Assembly: GCA_951406725.2 (NCBI GenBank)
Contig: OX597816.1
Coordinates: 162,440,001 to 162,504,000 of the forward strand
Origin: Octopus vulgaris
Lineage: Eukaryota
DNA length: 64,000 nt
Direction of reading: 5' to 3'
How positions within the stretch are numbered: the first letter of the stretch is position 1; each line of letters begins with the position of its first letter. A model generated the notes under the pieces. The model was given only the letters and a program-made list of their open reading frames with translations. It did no database searches and was not told the origin of the DNA. A program made the position numbers and the translations under genes. Shown one piece after another: positions 44,355 through 59,840 of the stretch.

Positions 44355-44639
44355 ATATGAATACAAACAGCTTATAATATGACCAGGAACATTCTTGACA
44401 GAACGAGAATATACTATGGTAATAGAAGACGTTGCAATCTATGTACGATAGAAATATCGGAAAATTTATTTGTGGAAATCATTCTCATAAGCAGACACAC
44501 TAAACAAATTAAGAACTATAGTTCGATATAAACAAATATAAATACCCTGTCTTCATAGTTTACTGAATGATGTAATCGTTCCCCAAATATATCAATACAT
44601 TTAATTCTGAATATCTAGCAGATAATTACTTCTTTTCCG

Positions 44640-44834
<195 letters not shown>

Positions 44835-44842
44835 ATTTAAAT

Positions 44843-44942
44843 AATAAGGTAGATAAAGTGAATATTAATTTAATTCATATCAATTTAAAACCAGTAGTCT
44901 ATCATATAAATATCTGAAAAATCATAAAAAATTTCAATACAT
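44843..44942. repeat. Second copy of the 5930-6032 repeat
   Basis: Shared ATATCAATTTAAAACCAGT motif. Confidence 0.5.
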
Positions 44943-44954
44943 GTATATACACGT

Positions 44955-45012
<58 letters not shown>

Positions 45013-45992
45013 CATCGTATTTTTACGTACAAAGACCGTCTTGAAGAAAAGGAGCGAAATAATGGATTTTGTTGTATTAGAGACAATGTTAAACTACTTT
45101 ACGCAACAGAAAACACTTTGTGGTCCTATGTTTGAATATACATCTAAAACGCATATCATACTTATGTACATAAATTTCATTTTTCTCTATGCTAGTCATC
45201 AATATATTTTCACATTCGCCTTTCAAGCATATATATGCTGCAAGAAAATAATATCTTGAACTTAGTGTATGTTATGAATACTCTTTTAAGAAAAATTCTT
45301 TCCGTTTTTATATCTCAAACTGCTTAGACAGTATACAGATTACATAATACATAATTCATTTAAAAATTGAGAAAAAAAGGATTAATTCTACAAATATTGA
45401 CAATGAAATATATAGACCACTAACAGATGTTAATTCACATATTGTATTGCAATCGCTTTTCTATATTTGAATATTTATTTCCTATACGTATACACTTATT
45501 TTTTGCAATGTTTCTATATTTCTGTCAATTTTTATTTTGTATTAATTTTTTAGCTACACTTTTCCACGAAGAACGCTCATTGTTTCATGAAATAGCTGTT
45601 TCCTTTTCCTTTTTAATGACACAGTTACTTGTATATTGTATATTGTATATTGACAAGATATTGACGATACTCATTGACCTCATACTTGGCGAGAAAAACA
45701 ATTACGTACTTGTGGCATACGGGTTTTTGATTATCATATGATACATACATACATACATACATACATACATGCATACATACATTCACACACACGCGCAAAC
45801 GCATACACATAATTATACACACACATGTATATAAATGTATATCTGATGAACCCTACAATAGGGTAAAAGCAGAGAAACTTTGCTAAAACAAATCGGTTAT
45901 TAATATACAGCGACCTGTATTACTTCCATTTCATCCTCTTTGCAAACTGATTCAATTATATACCTATGTATGTACATTTGCATACGTTTATA

Positions 45993-46041
<49 letters not shown>

Positions 46042-46050
46042 ATTATTCAT

Positions 46051-46104
<54 letters not shown>

Positions 46105-46977
46105 CATGCACACAAATATTTATGCTTATATATATATATGTACACATATTTACATATATATGTATACATACGCATAAATACATTTGTATATATAATCATA
46201 TATGCAAGTGTGTATGTGTGTATGTATATAGTTATATATATATACTCTGACATATACATAAAGTACTTATGTTTGTATACAGTGTGTATATATAAAAATT
46301 GTGCGTGTAAGTGTGTGTGCGTGTGCGTGAGTGCATGTGTCCATCTACCAGTGAGCGTGTGCAGGTACGTATTGGTGTGTATATGCGTCCGTGTGTGTGT
46401 GTGTATACGTATCGATGTCTGTGTGTATCTATGAGAGTATGTGTGCATGCGTGTGTATAATCAGTACTTCACAAACCCAAGCTGTCCTTCATTATATATA
46501 AATGGACGAGCAGAAAAAAAAAATTGATATATTTTTGTTTTCTTTTTCCTCTTATATTTACTGCTGCGGTAAAGTTCCTCCTTTTATGTCTTAATGGGAT
46601 CTTCTGGAAAATAAAGCACATTCTACCATTTTTTTTCCCTTTCTGCATCGTTTGAATTTGTATCTTTTCTTTTCTTATTTAGTTCGTTCATTTCTTAATT
46701 TCTTTCTACCTTTCTTTCACTCATTCATCATTTATTTCGTTTCATTTTCTGATTCTCTTTGGGGTTTTTTGGTTGTTTTTTTTTGGTTCCGTTCTTTATT
46801 TATCTATTTAGTTTTGGTATGCGGTTTAACCTGAGAAATCAAACATTAGGTTTAGTATCGAAAAGAAGAACAACAGAACGAAATAAATAAATCGAAGAAA
46901 CAGAAGGAGAAGGTAAACAAGAAACAAGTTCGTTTATTTTTTTTTTAAAAAAGAAGACAAGAAACGATCAAGCAATC

Positions 46978-47008
<31 letters not shown>

Positions 47009-47039
47009 GAGAGAGAAGTTCTTGTAATAGGCTCTTTTA

Positions 47040-47290
47040 ATTAAATAGTTTTGCTAGAAAACTTGAATCCGGTCTATTGATTACTTTTGACTTACCTCCC
47101 TCAAATGTATATCGTCTGCAATTGTCATGGTAGAGAAAATAGACGACGTGATGTGTGATGTTCATGCTTTCCCAAAGACTCACGTACATTGTGGTAAAGA
47201 ATGATTGAAGCTGATGGTTGAAACGGTTCGGCATATTCGATTCGTCACAGATCGATCGTTTAAATATTTTAAAGTTCACTTTAGCAGCAC
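47040..47290 (-). mobile_element. Possible decayed mariner fragment
   Basis: VYFLYHDNCRRYT resembles the mariner motif LHDNARPHT; little other support. Confidence 0.3.
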
Positions 47291-47494
47291 GGAGTATGTT
47301 AAGATATGTTTTCGAATATGATTATGTCACAGGAGAGAAATTACTGAGGATGTTGGCAAAGGCTTCCATTATTCCAGATGAATACAAGGCTGGTGATAAG
47401 GGGCATTGGTAAATATGGGATCTGCGGCTGGTTGTCGCTTACATTTCGCAGCATGAATGGACGGCTAAGCCTTAAGCCTATCAAAAGAATGAAG

Positions 47495-47705
47495 GCAGTA
47501 CTCTAAGAGAATCGTTAGCGCGTCAGACAAAATAATAAGAAATTCTACTTGATGTTTACGTTCCGAGTTCAAATCACGACAAAGTCACCTTTACCATCCA
47601 TTCTTTCTGAGAAGATAAAACAAGGCATCAACCAAGTACAGGAGTATATGCAATTGTCTAAGAATCCTACCTTCAAATTTACTGGCATTGTGTCAAAATT
47701 TGAAA
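47495..47705 (+). mobile_element. SINE family B, highly diverged
   Basis: AGAATCGTTAGCGCGTCAGAC...TTTACGTTCCGAGTTCAAATC. Confidence 0.55.
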
Positions 47706-48060
47706 GCCTTATTAAGCTTAAGACAGGAATTAAATGCATCAAGGAATGCAGTAAGTGCTTCTGTCACCATCTGCAAGACACATTACGATATTGATACCAT
47801 CCTTTGGTATGGATGGGAGGAAGAAATCTTTCTGAAACATTCTCGAATATTTAATATTCAATTATCTCTAGATCTAAGAAAAAATTTACAAAATATAAAG
47901 CGGAATTTAAAATTACAGTAAAGAAAGAAATACGCACACATATGTGTATGTATATATATATATATACATATATATATATAAATGGACGAGCAGAAATATA
48001 TATATGCATGTATGTATGTATGTATGTATATGTATATATATATATATGTGTATATATATG

Positions 48061-48103
<43 letters not shown>

Positions 48104-48105
48104 AT

Positions 48106-48482
48106 GTGGAGGCGCAGTGACCCAGGGGTTAGGGCAGCGGACTCGTGGTCGTGGAGTGGCGGTTTTTCGATTCTCAGATCGGGCGTTGTGAGTTTTTATT
48201 GAGCGAAAACACCTAAAGCTCTACGAGGCTCCGGCAGGGGGGGGGGGAAACCCTGCTGTACTCTTTCACCACAACTTTCTCTCACTCTTTCTTCCTGCCT
48301 CTGTTGTACCTGTATTTCGAAAGGTCATCCTTGATACACTCAGTGGCACGCTGAATATCCCCGAGAACTACGTTAAGGGTACACGTGTCTGGAGTACACT
48401 GCCACTGCCATGTTAATTTCACGAGCACGCCGTTCCGATCAGATCAACTCGAACTATCGTCGTCGTAACCGACGGAGTGCCA
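48106..48482 (+). mobile_element. SINE family C, full length
   Basis: Matches 28332-28712. Confidence 0.9.
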
Positions 48483-48598
<116 letters not shown>

Positions 48599-48659
48599 AT
48601 ACATACGCATATATACGGAGATATACGCAATTATATATATGTATATATGCATGCATATA

Positions 48660-48848
48660 GGGATAATTCACAATAAAACAAAAGACGAAGACAGGTGGTA
48701 TAGACAAGAAACAGATGTATTAGTTTAACGCTCGGGAAGTGAAAAAGTCTTTAAGGTTTCGAGCCCTACGCTCTTCCACAGAAAGGAACACAGAAAAAGA
48801 AACAAGGAGAGAAAATAATGTGTAGTGGCTAGCGATCTATCATGGCGA

Positions 48849-48850
<2 letters not shown>
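48660..48850 (-). mobile_element. Penelope-like short repeat with variant hammerhead (48749-48785)
   Basis: Minus strand CTTT-CTGTGGA-A-GAGC(GTAGG)GCTC-GAAAC-CTT-AAAG; reverse complement of 16745-16912. Confidence 0.6.
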
Positions 48851-48899
<49 letters not shown>

Positions 48900-49063
48900 A
48901 AGGTGTATATATAGAAATAGATAGACTGATAGATAAAGAGATAGATAAATAAATAGATAAACAGATAGATAGATATATAATATATATAATGTATATATAT
49001 GAAATATATACAATTATAAAACTCAACTTAGAGAGTAAGAATAAGGCATTCAACAAGAATCCT

Positions 49064-49120
<57 letters not shown>

Positions 49121-49287
49121 GATAGTCACATATATACAAACGCTCGCCTGGATATGTATGTATTATATATGTATGTGCGTGTGTAAATATGCGTTTACAT
49201 ATACATATATATATATATGTGTGTGTGCGTGCGTGTGCGTGTATAAACATTCACACACACTGAAATATATATATATACATATATATA

Positions 49288-49332
<45 letters not shown>

Positions 49333-49736
49333 CATGCACATCTGTACACGACCGCATGTTATTTGCACACAAATGTATGTTGCATACAAGTATAATTCAT
49401 GAGTTATTGAAATTATTTCTACTTCAAGAGAGGATAGACCAAACGCTAAATTGTAATTAGTATTCACTTCGCTAAAAAATAGTGATACTCAAAGACCAGA
49501 ATGGTCCAGAATTGACATATATTAACACAGTGTTATTGCCTGATGACAAACGTCTCCAAAATTCCCTTACAAGTAGAGAAAATATGTTATTAGCTAAAAC
49601 AAGAAGTTAACAATTAGCCTGTGTTCCTGCCAGAGCAGGCGTCATCAGCGCATCTATTTTCCTAATTTTTCTTCAGCACATGCAATACTTGGTCATATGG
49701 AAAAAGCAGGAAGAAACACATCTTGAATAAATAATT

Positions 49737-50052
49737 AATAATTAATGACCCAATGTAGTTCATATATTTAATTTCAAGTGTGAATGTTGCAAACTTTACG
49801 ACTCCCTGTTATAAAGAGCATTTATACGAATTTTACAATTTATTTTGTTTTCAAAACTTTACGAAACCTTAAACCCTAAAACAAAATATTTATTACAAAA
49901 CCAGTAAGGTCAAAACTTTCTTAACATTAAATACAGTAAATACAGCAGTTATTATTTACAGTTAATTAGTAAGCAATAATTAATGACCCAACGTAATTCA
50001 TATGTTTAATTGCAAGCGTGAATGCTGCAAACTTTATGACTCTGACTGTTAT
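49737..50052 (+). repeat. Diverged direct repeat of about 75 bp (49737-49812 and 49975-50052)
   Basis: AATAATTAATGACCCAA.GTA.TTCATAT.TTTAATT.CAAG.GTGAATG.TGCAAACTTTA.GACTC occurs twice. Confidence 0.85.
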
Positions 50053-50629
50053 ATTGACTATACTTAAACGCCGTTTCTTTCCAGCTCATCATACACTTGC
50101 AACAGATGGCAATTTTAGCAAAAACGAATTAAAGTAAGTAAACAATATACGTATATATTCTTAAATGTATCTCCGACGAAAGAATAAGATAAATGACGAA
50201 AACGATATAGATGACAGAGTATAATAAAGGAATATAAGCACAGCTAGCATACGCTAACCAAACGAAAAATAAAATACTTCCACGCAGTTGATATATGACG
50301 TAGAGGTCAGGGTTATAAATGTGAATTCTGTCTATGATATCTGCACGAATGATATTGAACCTGGCCGCTACAGATCTAGAGCAACACGTCAAGATTGCGT
50401 TCGGAATATGAGACCAATAACATCTAAATAGGAACACAAATAATCTGGGAAGTTTAGTGTTCTAATCTAACTGAAAAGTATTCATGCAATAATATTTAAA
50501 AGAAAAAAGTTTTAAAAGAAAAGAGAAAACGAAAATAAGAACAGGGATTAATTATATGTGATAAAGAGTTTTCACCCTATATAAATATATATATATATAT
50601 TTATGTATGTATGTATGTATATATATATA

Positions 50630-50717
<88 letters not shown>

Positions 50718-50734
50718 TTATATAGATATATATA

Positions 50735-50877
<143 letters not shown>

Positions 50878-50892
50878 ATATCTATCTATCTA

Positions 50893-50954
<62 letters not shown>

Positions 50955-51760
50955 CATTCATATATAAAGATATGTATACACACACACATACGAACACACA
51001 TACACACACATATATATATATATCTATATATACTTATACACGACATAGATGCATACGAAAATGTATCTTATTTCTTATCATAGCTACATGCACATATGAT
51101 ATATTTATACCTATATGTCTACATGTATACATACATCGGTGCGTGCGTATGCAACACGTGATAGAGGGATTATAAATATGTGGGTGGGTCTATCAGAGAT
51201 AGGCTGATAAACAGATAGATAGATAGATAGATAAATATAGATAGATGGAACGAGGGAGAAAGTATGAGAGTGAGAGAGAGAGAAGAAGACAGAGCCAGAG
51301 AACACAAGATGTCGTTTTGAAATAAAATCGCTATTTTAATAAATCGAAAGCTTAGCAAATTAAGATGGAATATATTACGAACTCAGAGCTTTATCACGAG
51401 AATGAATTCCGTAAAAATAGCTTATATAAATGTGAAGGGGTAGCGTATAAAGGTTTTAAGTATTTACTATTAACTAACTAAAATAGAGCTGTACAAGAGC
51501 TCTTTATAAACAATCGAAATATATTACTCTTTTTCAAATTATCGTGGCACCATTAACATTTCTGAAATATTTTAAACTGATTGATATCCTGGATCTTAAA
51601 TATAAATCTATCTCGTTTGAAATCTCTATGGAATTTAGATTCGGAAATTCAGGGCTCCGTGGAATATTACGAGAGCTAAAGCAATTTATAGCTACCTCTT
51701 TAAAGGCAGTAAACAAGTATATATATATGTGTGTGTGTGTGTCTGTATGTATCTATGTAT

Positions 51761-51817
<57 letters not shown>

Positions 51818-52067
51818 CATATATTTATATATATGTATATATGTATTTATATATGTGTGTGTGTGTGTGAGTGTATGTATGTACATATATATATATATTA
51901 AATGTAATTGTTGCTAGCCGCCCACATATGCATATGCATATATATATATATATGCACGCAACATTCTCTACACTTTTCGTTCACTAAGTTTTGCATATCC
52001 GTCTAACAAGCTATTTAATTCATTGCTCTGTCTCTTTCACTTATTCTTCATTTCCCCCTCTCTCTCC

Positions 52068-52137
<70 letters not shown>

Positions 52138-52156
52138 CTATCTATCTATCTATCTA

Positions 52157-52209
<53 letters not shown>

Positions 52210-52491
52210 AAAGAGAGAAAGAAAAGATAGGCGAGGAGAGAGATAATAGGCACCTCCGTTATGTTACTTAACAAATATATATGAATGTATGTATGTGTTC
52301 GTGTATGCATGTATGTGTATATATGTATATGTACACAGACACACACAGATACACACACACACACATATATATATATATACATATAACCACATACATATAT
52401 GTGTGTGTGTATGTCTATGCTTTTCCCTACCACCGGTTGACAACCGATGCGGGTTGTCGATGAAGTAATACCAGCTAATACCAGTAGTGTC

Positions 52492-54591
52492 GACCAAGTA
52501 ATACCAGAGTGGTTGACATTGGGTAGGACAGTGCTGTGCTTGAAAAACATCGAAAAAGACAATACGGTAGACAATTACAGGCCGATATCCTGTTTGTCAC
52601 TTATGTGGAAGTTATTGACTGGAATATTCGCAGAGTCAATGTACGAACATTTGGAGAAAATGGAGTCCTGCCATTTGAACAGAAGGGTTGCTAGCGCAAG
52701 TGCAGAGGTACCAAGGATCAACTCCTGATAGACAAAACTGTACTTAGAGACTGCAAGAGGAAGAAAAGTAACTTAGCCATGTCATGAATCGACTATCGTA
52801 AGGCGTACGATATGATACCACAGTCTTAGATTATGGAGTGTGTGAACCTATTTGGTATTGTATCGAATGTTAAGCGATTGCTTTGAAAAAGTATAGTGAA
52901 TTGGAGGACGGACCTGACAGCATACGGGAGAAGCTTAGGGACAGTACAAATTAGGCGAGGCATCATCCAAGCGGACTGCCTGTCCCCACTGATCTTTGTA
53001 CTGTGCTTGATACCACTAACACTGATTCTGAGGAAAGCAAAAGCTAGGTATGTCAAAATGTCAACTATTCGTTATTCATGGATGACCTCAAACTTTATGG
53101 TAAAGGTGAAGCCTAAATCAGTTCCCTCGTTGATACGGTGTACATCATTCAGTGCTGATATTAGAACGGAGTTCGGACAGAGAAAGTGTGGTGTGTTAGT
53201 TTTGAAGAGAGAGGCAAAATCAAATTTATCGACGAGCTAACGATACCGTCGGGGGAGGTTATGAAGTAGATAGAAGAGACGAGCTATAAGTACTTGGGAA
53301 TATTGGAAATGGATAAATTGATGGAAAAAAGAAATGACAGAAACATTTATGGAGGAGTACTTGCGCAGACTGAAACTGATCCTAAAGTCGAAATTAAATG
53401 GGTGGAATAAGATCAGAGCTATCAATACCTGGGCGGTTTCTCTCCTTAGATATGGAGCAGAGGTACTCGCATGGACAGCATACGAACTAAACCGCTGCTA
53501 ACTAGGTATGGGTCACTCCAACCAAAAAGTGACACAGACAGACTATATGTACAAATAAAAAGAGGGGGAAGAGGACTTATTGGATGCGGACACAGCATTA
53601 GATCAGCAGAAAACAACATAGCAGGTATGTAAAAAATGCCACAGAACCGCAATTATTGGACCTAAGAAGGTCAGGCTTGCGTACGATGAAAGGTTGCAAC
53701 GAAAAAGCACCATACAAGAAATTGAAAACGAATAAATCTGAAAATAGGTGGGTAAAGAAAAGAATGCATGGTCAATTTCATAGGAATGTTGAAGATTAAG
53801 ACAGACAGAGAAAAAAGATAGTTGTGGATGACTAAAAGTGATTTAAAACCTGAAACAGAGGCTCTAATCTGTGCTGCCCAAGAGCAAGCACTAAGAACAA
53901 ACTACATAAAATACAGAATAGGTTACACAGCAGAAAGAGATAAGTGCAGAATCTGTGGACAAATCGGTGAAAGCGTATGGCATATTACCAGCCAATGTAC
54001 GCCATTGGCCAAGAAGGAATATAAAAGAAGCCACGATAATATAGCCAGGCTTGTCCATTGGACACTTTGCAACAAGTATGGACTTGACAGAGCAAAAAAT
54101 TGGTACGACTACAAACCTGAAGGCATCGTCGAAAATGGAAATGCAAAGATCCTATGGTATTTTATGATTCAGTGCGACCATAAGATAGTTAAAGGGGGGA
54201 TGGACATAATCTTTATTGAGAAAGAAAACAAACTATGCTGGATCATAGATATAGCATGCCCAGCTGGCAACAAGGTATACTATAAGGAAGAAAGAAAAGT
54301 CGAGAGATATGACAGGTTAGCTTGGGAAGTTAAGCAGTTGTGGTCGATGAAAAAGGTAGCAGTAGTACCAATAATTGTCGGAGGCCTGGGAACAGTGAGC
54401 AAAAATCTTGAGAAATACGTGGAACAAATAGGGGCTGCAATGAGGGTGGAGCACTTGCAGAAAACAGCACTGCCTGGAACCGCTCAAATACTCCAGAAGG
54501 TGCTCGAAAAACAAGAGGTGTTACCTTAGTTCACTGGTAGTGAATAGCGGACACTGTAGTATATCTCCAGCGTTAGAAGGTGTGCAAAGGC
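52492..54591 (+). mobile_element. R4/Dong-clade LINE, family K, about 2.1 kb, 5'-truncated (RT + CCHC + RLE), multiple stops and frameshifts
   Basis: [18 protein letters not shown]; IDYRKAYDMIP; RRGIIQADCLSPLIF; LFMDDLKL; ETEALICAAQEQAL; CRICG..ESVWHITSQC; DIACP; PIIVGGLG. 3' end abuts (AAT)n. Confidence 0.95.
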
Positions 54592-54665
<74 letters not shown>

Positions 54666-54729
54666 TAATAATGATAATAATAATAATAGTAATAATGATG
54701 ATGATGATGATGATGATGATGATAATATA

Positions 54730-54787
<58 letters not shown>

Positions 54788-55644
54788 TATATACATATAT
54801 ACATATATATGTATATATATATATGTACATATATACACACCTATGGAGAAATACACACAGATATGCACAAATGCGCGCAGACACGCGCGCTCGCACCTTG
54901 ATATCACTTATTAACATCATCCAATAGAAAGTGCAACGCAAAAATGTGCATATAAATATACATACATACATATATACATATATATACATACACATAAACT
55001 CGACGATTATATGACGATAATATAAAATTCGATTAAATAGGCTGTTAGCGCGAGTCACGTGTGGTGGGCACCTACTTTATCATTAATGCAGCTATTGTTA
55101 TAGACCGCCAGCTATATACGTTGCCACTACTTTTCGTATCCAGAACAAGTTCCGATTCGTGAAAGTACACCACAGAAAATGGCTGACTTTAACAGTAAAA
55201 ATCTACAATATCCGAGGTTCGTTTATATTGTTCGATGTATTGTTGATTTCATTTAAACGACTTTACCCTGGAGGCTGGCAGAGCACAAATCGTGATTTGC
55301 TCAGAAATTGATCCATTCTCTTGCGTTGAAAATATATTTAAAAATGATAATGATAATGATGATAATAATGATAGTGAGCAGAATAAAAATGATGACGATG
55401 ATGATGATGATGAAGATACTAATAAAGATAATGATAGAAAATGAAGATGACGAAAATGATGATGATGATGATGATTACGGTGCTGCTACAACTACTAATA
55501 CTACTACTGCTAATAATAGTAATAACAATAATGATGATGATAATAATAATGATGCTGATGATGATGATGATGATGAAAATAAAGTTACTGATCATTGTAA
55601 TGATAGGGGTGCTGACGATGATGACGAAGAAGAAGATTACAAGG

Positions 55645-55717
<73 letters not shown>

Positions 55718-55926
55718 AGCGACTGCTACTGCTGCTAATGGTACTACAATTGATATTATTGTTGTGGTTTTCCATTATTTTTGGTATTGTTATTTATCTT
55801 ATTACTGACGAATAAGCTATATAGTTTGTTTTTTTGTCTGTTTTCTACATGACACGAATTCACTCTTGAACGCAAATATACCTGTACGAGCATATATATA
55901 CATACATATATATATATATATGTATG

Positions 55927-55961
<35 letters not shown>

Positions 55962-55979
55962 GTGTGGTTGTATAATATA

Positions 55980-56012
<33 letters not shown>

Positions 56013-56395
56013 TTATGTGTATGTGTGTGTGTGAAGTTATGTATATTGAAACTATAATTCAGCGTACAAATATAAACCTGCTCGTTATTTTACAGTTCAA
56101 ATTAGATTATAAAACTTAAATTCTATATTTCCGTTTCTTTCTCTTCCTGTCTCTCTCTCTTACTCGGTTACTAACTAAATACTTTCTCGGCACTTCTCTC
56201 GCTCTCTCTTTCTCTCTCTCATACTTTCTCTTCCCTTACTCTCCAGTTATGTTGTAGCAGAAAATGTAACAATCACTGACAAATTATAGAGAATAAATAA
56301 AGAAAAACCGGTAAACATCAATTCCAAAATAACGATGTAATTGGTTTTGGAATCTCACAAATTGCGAAGCTATATTTTTCCTTCATTAATTATTT

Positions 56396-56600
56396 GTGGT
56401 GAGCTGGCAGAACCGTTAGAACACCAGACAAATTGCATAGTGGCATTTCGTCCGTCATTGCTTTCTGAGTTCAAATTCTGCCGGGGCCTACTTTCCCTTC
56501 AACCTTTCGGGGTCGAGAAAATAAACACCAGTTGAACACTAGAGTCGATTTAATCGACTTACTCCTATCCCACGAAATTCCTGGCTTTCTGCCAAATTAA
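56396..56600 (+). mobile_element. SINE family B
   Basis: GGTGAGCTGGCAGAACCGTTAG...GAGTTCAAATTC...CCTTTCGGGGTCGA. Confidence 0.8.
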
Positions 56601-56624
56601 AATTTTTTTTATTATTTGCATTCA

Positions 56625-56822
56625 ACTGGCAGAACCATTTGGACGCCGGACAAATTGTTTAATGACATTACGTCCATTTTAACGTCCTGAGTTCAAATTC
56701 CGCAGAGGTCGACTTCACCTTTCATTCTTTCGGGGTCTATAAATTGAATACCAGTAGAACAGTAGAGTCGATTTAATCGACTTAGCTCCTCTCCCAAACC
56801 TGTTGATCTCGTGCCAAATTTT
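56625..56822 (+). mobile_element. SINE family B, second tandem copy
   Basis: CTGGCAGAACC...GAGTTCAAATTCCGCAGAGGTCGACTTCACCTTTCATTCTTTCGGGGTC. Confidence 0.8.
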
Positions 56823-56829
56823 TAGATCA

Positions 56830-56879
<50 letters not shown>

Positions 56880-57219
56880 GAGTGAGAGAGCAGTGCATGC
56901 CATCAAAGTGACACTGGGGTAAAATATACGAAGCCCAATATACCCATCATGACTACCCGTCTGATAAAGGTACACCAGGCACATGCATCACAACCATATG
57001 TGCGCGACATGGTGATCTCATATCAAAATAAACAGCACATGACCTTGCAGGTGGGGCCCAGTTAGAATTTCCTTCAGGTTGAGTAGCCCATCCTGCTCAA
57101 AAGGTCCCTGAATAAGGGTTGTTTAAGGATGCTGAAAGAACCACCCATGTTTCCAGAGGTGAACTATCCAAACCCCAAAGAATCCCCCTCAACACATGGC
57201 CATGATGCTCCCCCACTAC

Positions 57220-57220
<1 letters not shown>
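56880..57220 (-). mobile_element. Family E copy in a TTA array
   Basis: Reverse complement of about 15596-15936. Confidence 0.88.
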
Positions 57221-57277
<57 letters not shown>

Positions 57278-57397
57278 GTTTTTTTCCTTCTTTCAAATTT
57301 GATTCCATTTCTTGCCGAGTGTCTTCCCGACTCCTAGGGCAAAGAAACTCATAGTATACATTGGTAGGCCATTAAACCATACTCAATAGTTCGTTCA
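57278..57397 (-). mobile_element. Dong family F, 3' UTR fragment
   Basis: CCATTTCTTGCCGAGTGTCTTCCCGACTCCTAGGGCAAAGAAACTCATAG. Confidence 0.85.
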
Positions 57398-57440
57398 TTA
57401 TTATTATTACTATTATTATTATTAATATTATTATTATTAC

Positions 57441-57515
<75 letters not shown>

Positions 57516-57522
57516 CATTATT

Positions 57523-58033
57523 GTCTTTGCACAGCTTCTAACGCTGGAGATGTACTACATTGTCAGCTGTTCACTACTAGTGAACTAAGATAACACCTCT
57601 TATTTTTCGAGTACTTTCCGGAGTATTCGAGCGGTTCCAAGCAGTGCTGTTTTCTGCAAGTGCTCGACCCATATTGCAGCCCATATTTGTTCCACGTACT
57701 TCTCGAGATTTTTGCTTACTGTTTCCAGGTCTCCCACAATTATTGGTACTACTGCTACCTTTTACAGTGATCACAACTGCTTAACTTCCCAAGCTAACCT
57801 GTCATATCTCTCGATTTTTCTTTCTTCCTTATCGCATACCTTATTGCCAGCTGGGCATGCTATAGCTATGATCCAGCATCGTGTTTTCTTTCTCAATTAA
57901 GACTATGTCCGGCTTCCTATTCTCTATCTTATGGTCGCACTAAATCATAAAATTCTATAGGGTCTTTGCATTTCTATTTTCGACGATGCCTTCAGGTTTG
58001 TGGTCGTACCAATATTTTGCTCTGTCAAGTCCA
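57523..58033 (-). mobile_element. Dong family K, 3' fragment
   Basis: GLDRAKYWYDHKPEGIVENRNAK; reverse complement of 54079-54591. Confidence 0.9.
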
Positions 58034-58065
58034 ATCCAAACTTGACTCAACAAGTGTGGATTATT

Positions 58066-58136
<71 letters not shown>

Positions 58137-58139
58137 TCA

Positions 58140-58887
<748 letters not shown>

Positions 58888-58994
58888 GTTACTGAATAAC
58901 AGTGGTCAGGCAGTTTTCTTCTGTCGGTAGCTATAGCGAAAGTGAAAAATTGTCCTCATCATCCACTCTTCACTGGCTTTTTCAGCCCCTATTT

Positions 58995-59335
58995 AGGCAC
59001 CTTAGGCACCTGGGGTAAGTACTTCTTCTGTAGCTTCGGGTCGATCAAAGCCTTGCGAGTGAATTTCGTAGATGGAGAGAAGCCCGTCGCGTTTATGTAT
59101 ATGTCGTCTGTGTGTGTGTGCGTGTGTTTTCCTGTCTCTGGTTTTCCTCACCACCGCTTGATAACCTGTTGGTGTATGTATGTCCATGTAACTTATCGGT
59201 TCGGCAAAACAGCCCGAAAGAATAAATATCAAGCTTTAAAAAAATAGATACTGGAGTCAATTTACTCGACTAAAATCTTCAATGCGTTGCCCCAGCATGA
59301 CCACAGTCGGATGAGAGAAACAAAAGATATAAGAT
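58995..59335 (+). mobile_element. SINE family A, diverged, lacking the head
   Basis: CAAAGCCTTGCGAGTGAATTT..GAAGCCCGTCG..CGGTTCGGCAAAA..CCAGCATGACCACAGTC. Confidence 0.75.
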
Positions 59336-59368
59336 GAAAGAAATATAAATTCATCAATAGTCTACTAT

Positions 59369-59840
59369 AAGACATACAGCATCTCGAAAGAGTCCAGAAG
59401 CTGGCTACCCGCATGGTTCATGGTCTCAAAAATTTGTCCTACGAAGAAAGGCTGAGGACGCTCGACCTTTATTCTCTTGAAAAACGCCGCCGCCGTGGTG
59501 ATCTCATTCACGCCCACAACATTATAAGCGGAAAGTGAAACCTCTCGAAAGAGCTGTTCTTCACTCCTGCTCCAGAACGTCGGCTGCGGGGTCATTCCGA
59601 AAAGCTCTACCTGCGACGATTTCATCTCAATCGAAGGAGAGGAGCTTTCTCCGTCCGGGTTGCGGATCCGTGGAACAAGCTGCCAGACGAGATGGTGAAG
59701 ATGCCGACGACCATTTTATTCAAAGCCTCCCTGGACCTCAAGTGGCCTGAACTCTTTACATGAACATCACTCTGTACTTAACTCCATCTCCCCCTACATG
59801 GCCTTGCTATTTGCTTTTGAGCCAAATTAACTAACTAACT
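59369..59840 (+). mobile_element. CR1 LINE 3' fragment with (AACT)n tail
   Basis: + frame not listed in the ORF track: DIQHLERVQKLATRMVHGLKNLSYEERLRTLDLYSLEKRRRRGDLI..*..RGHSEKL..FSVRVADPWNKLP..FKASLD; one in-frame TGA. Confidence 0.93.

Noticed and set aside
49538-49560. CTGATGA word as a hammerhead core (also at about 42149)
   Set aside because: No stem II/GAAA arrangement; the 42149 instance lies within Dong coding sequence.
51534-51716. Tc1-like SPDLNPIE motif (SPEFPNLNSIE)
   Set aside because: Too degenerate, with no TIRs or other transposase motifs recognised.
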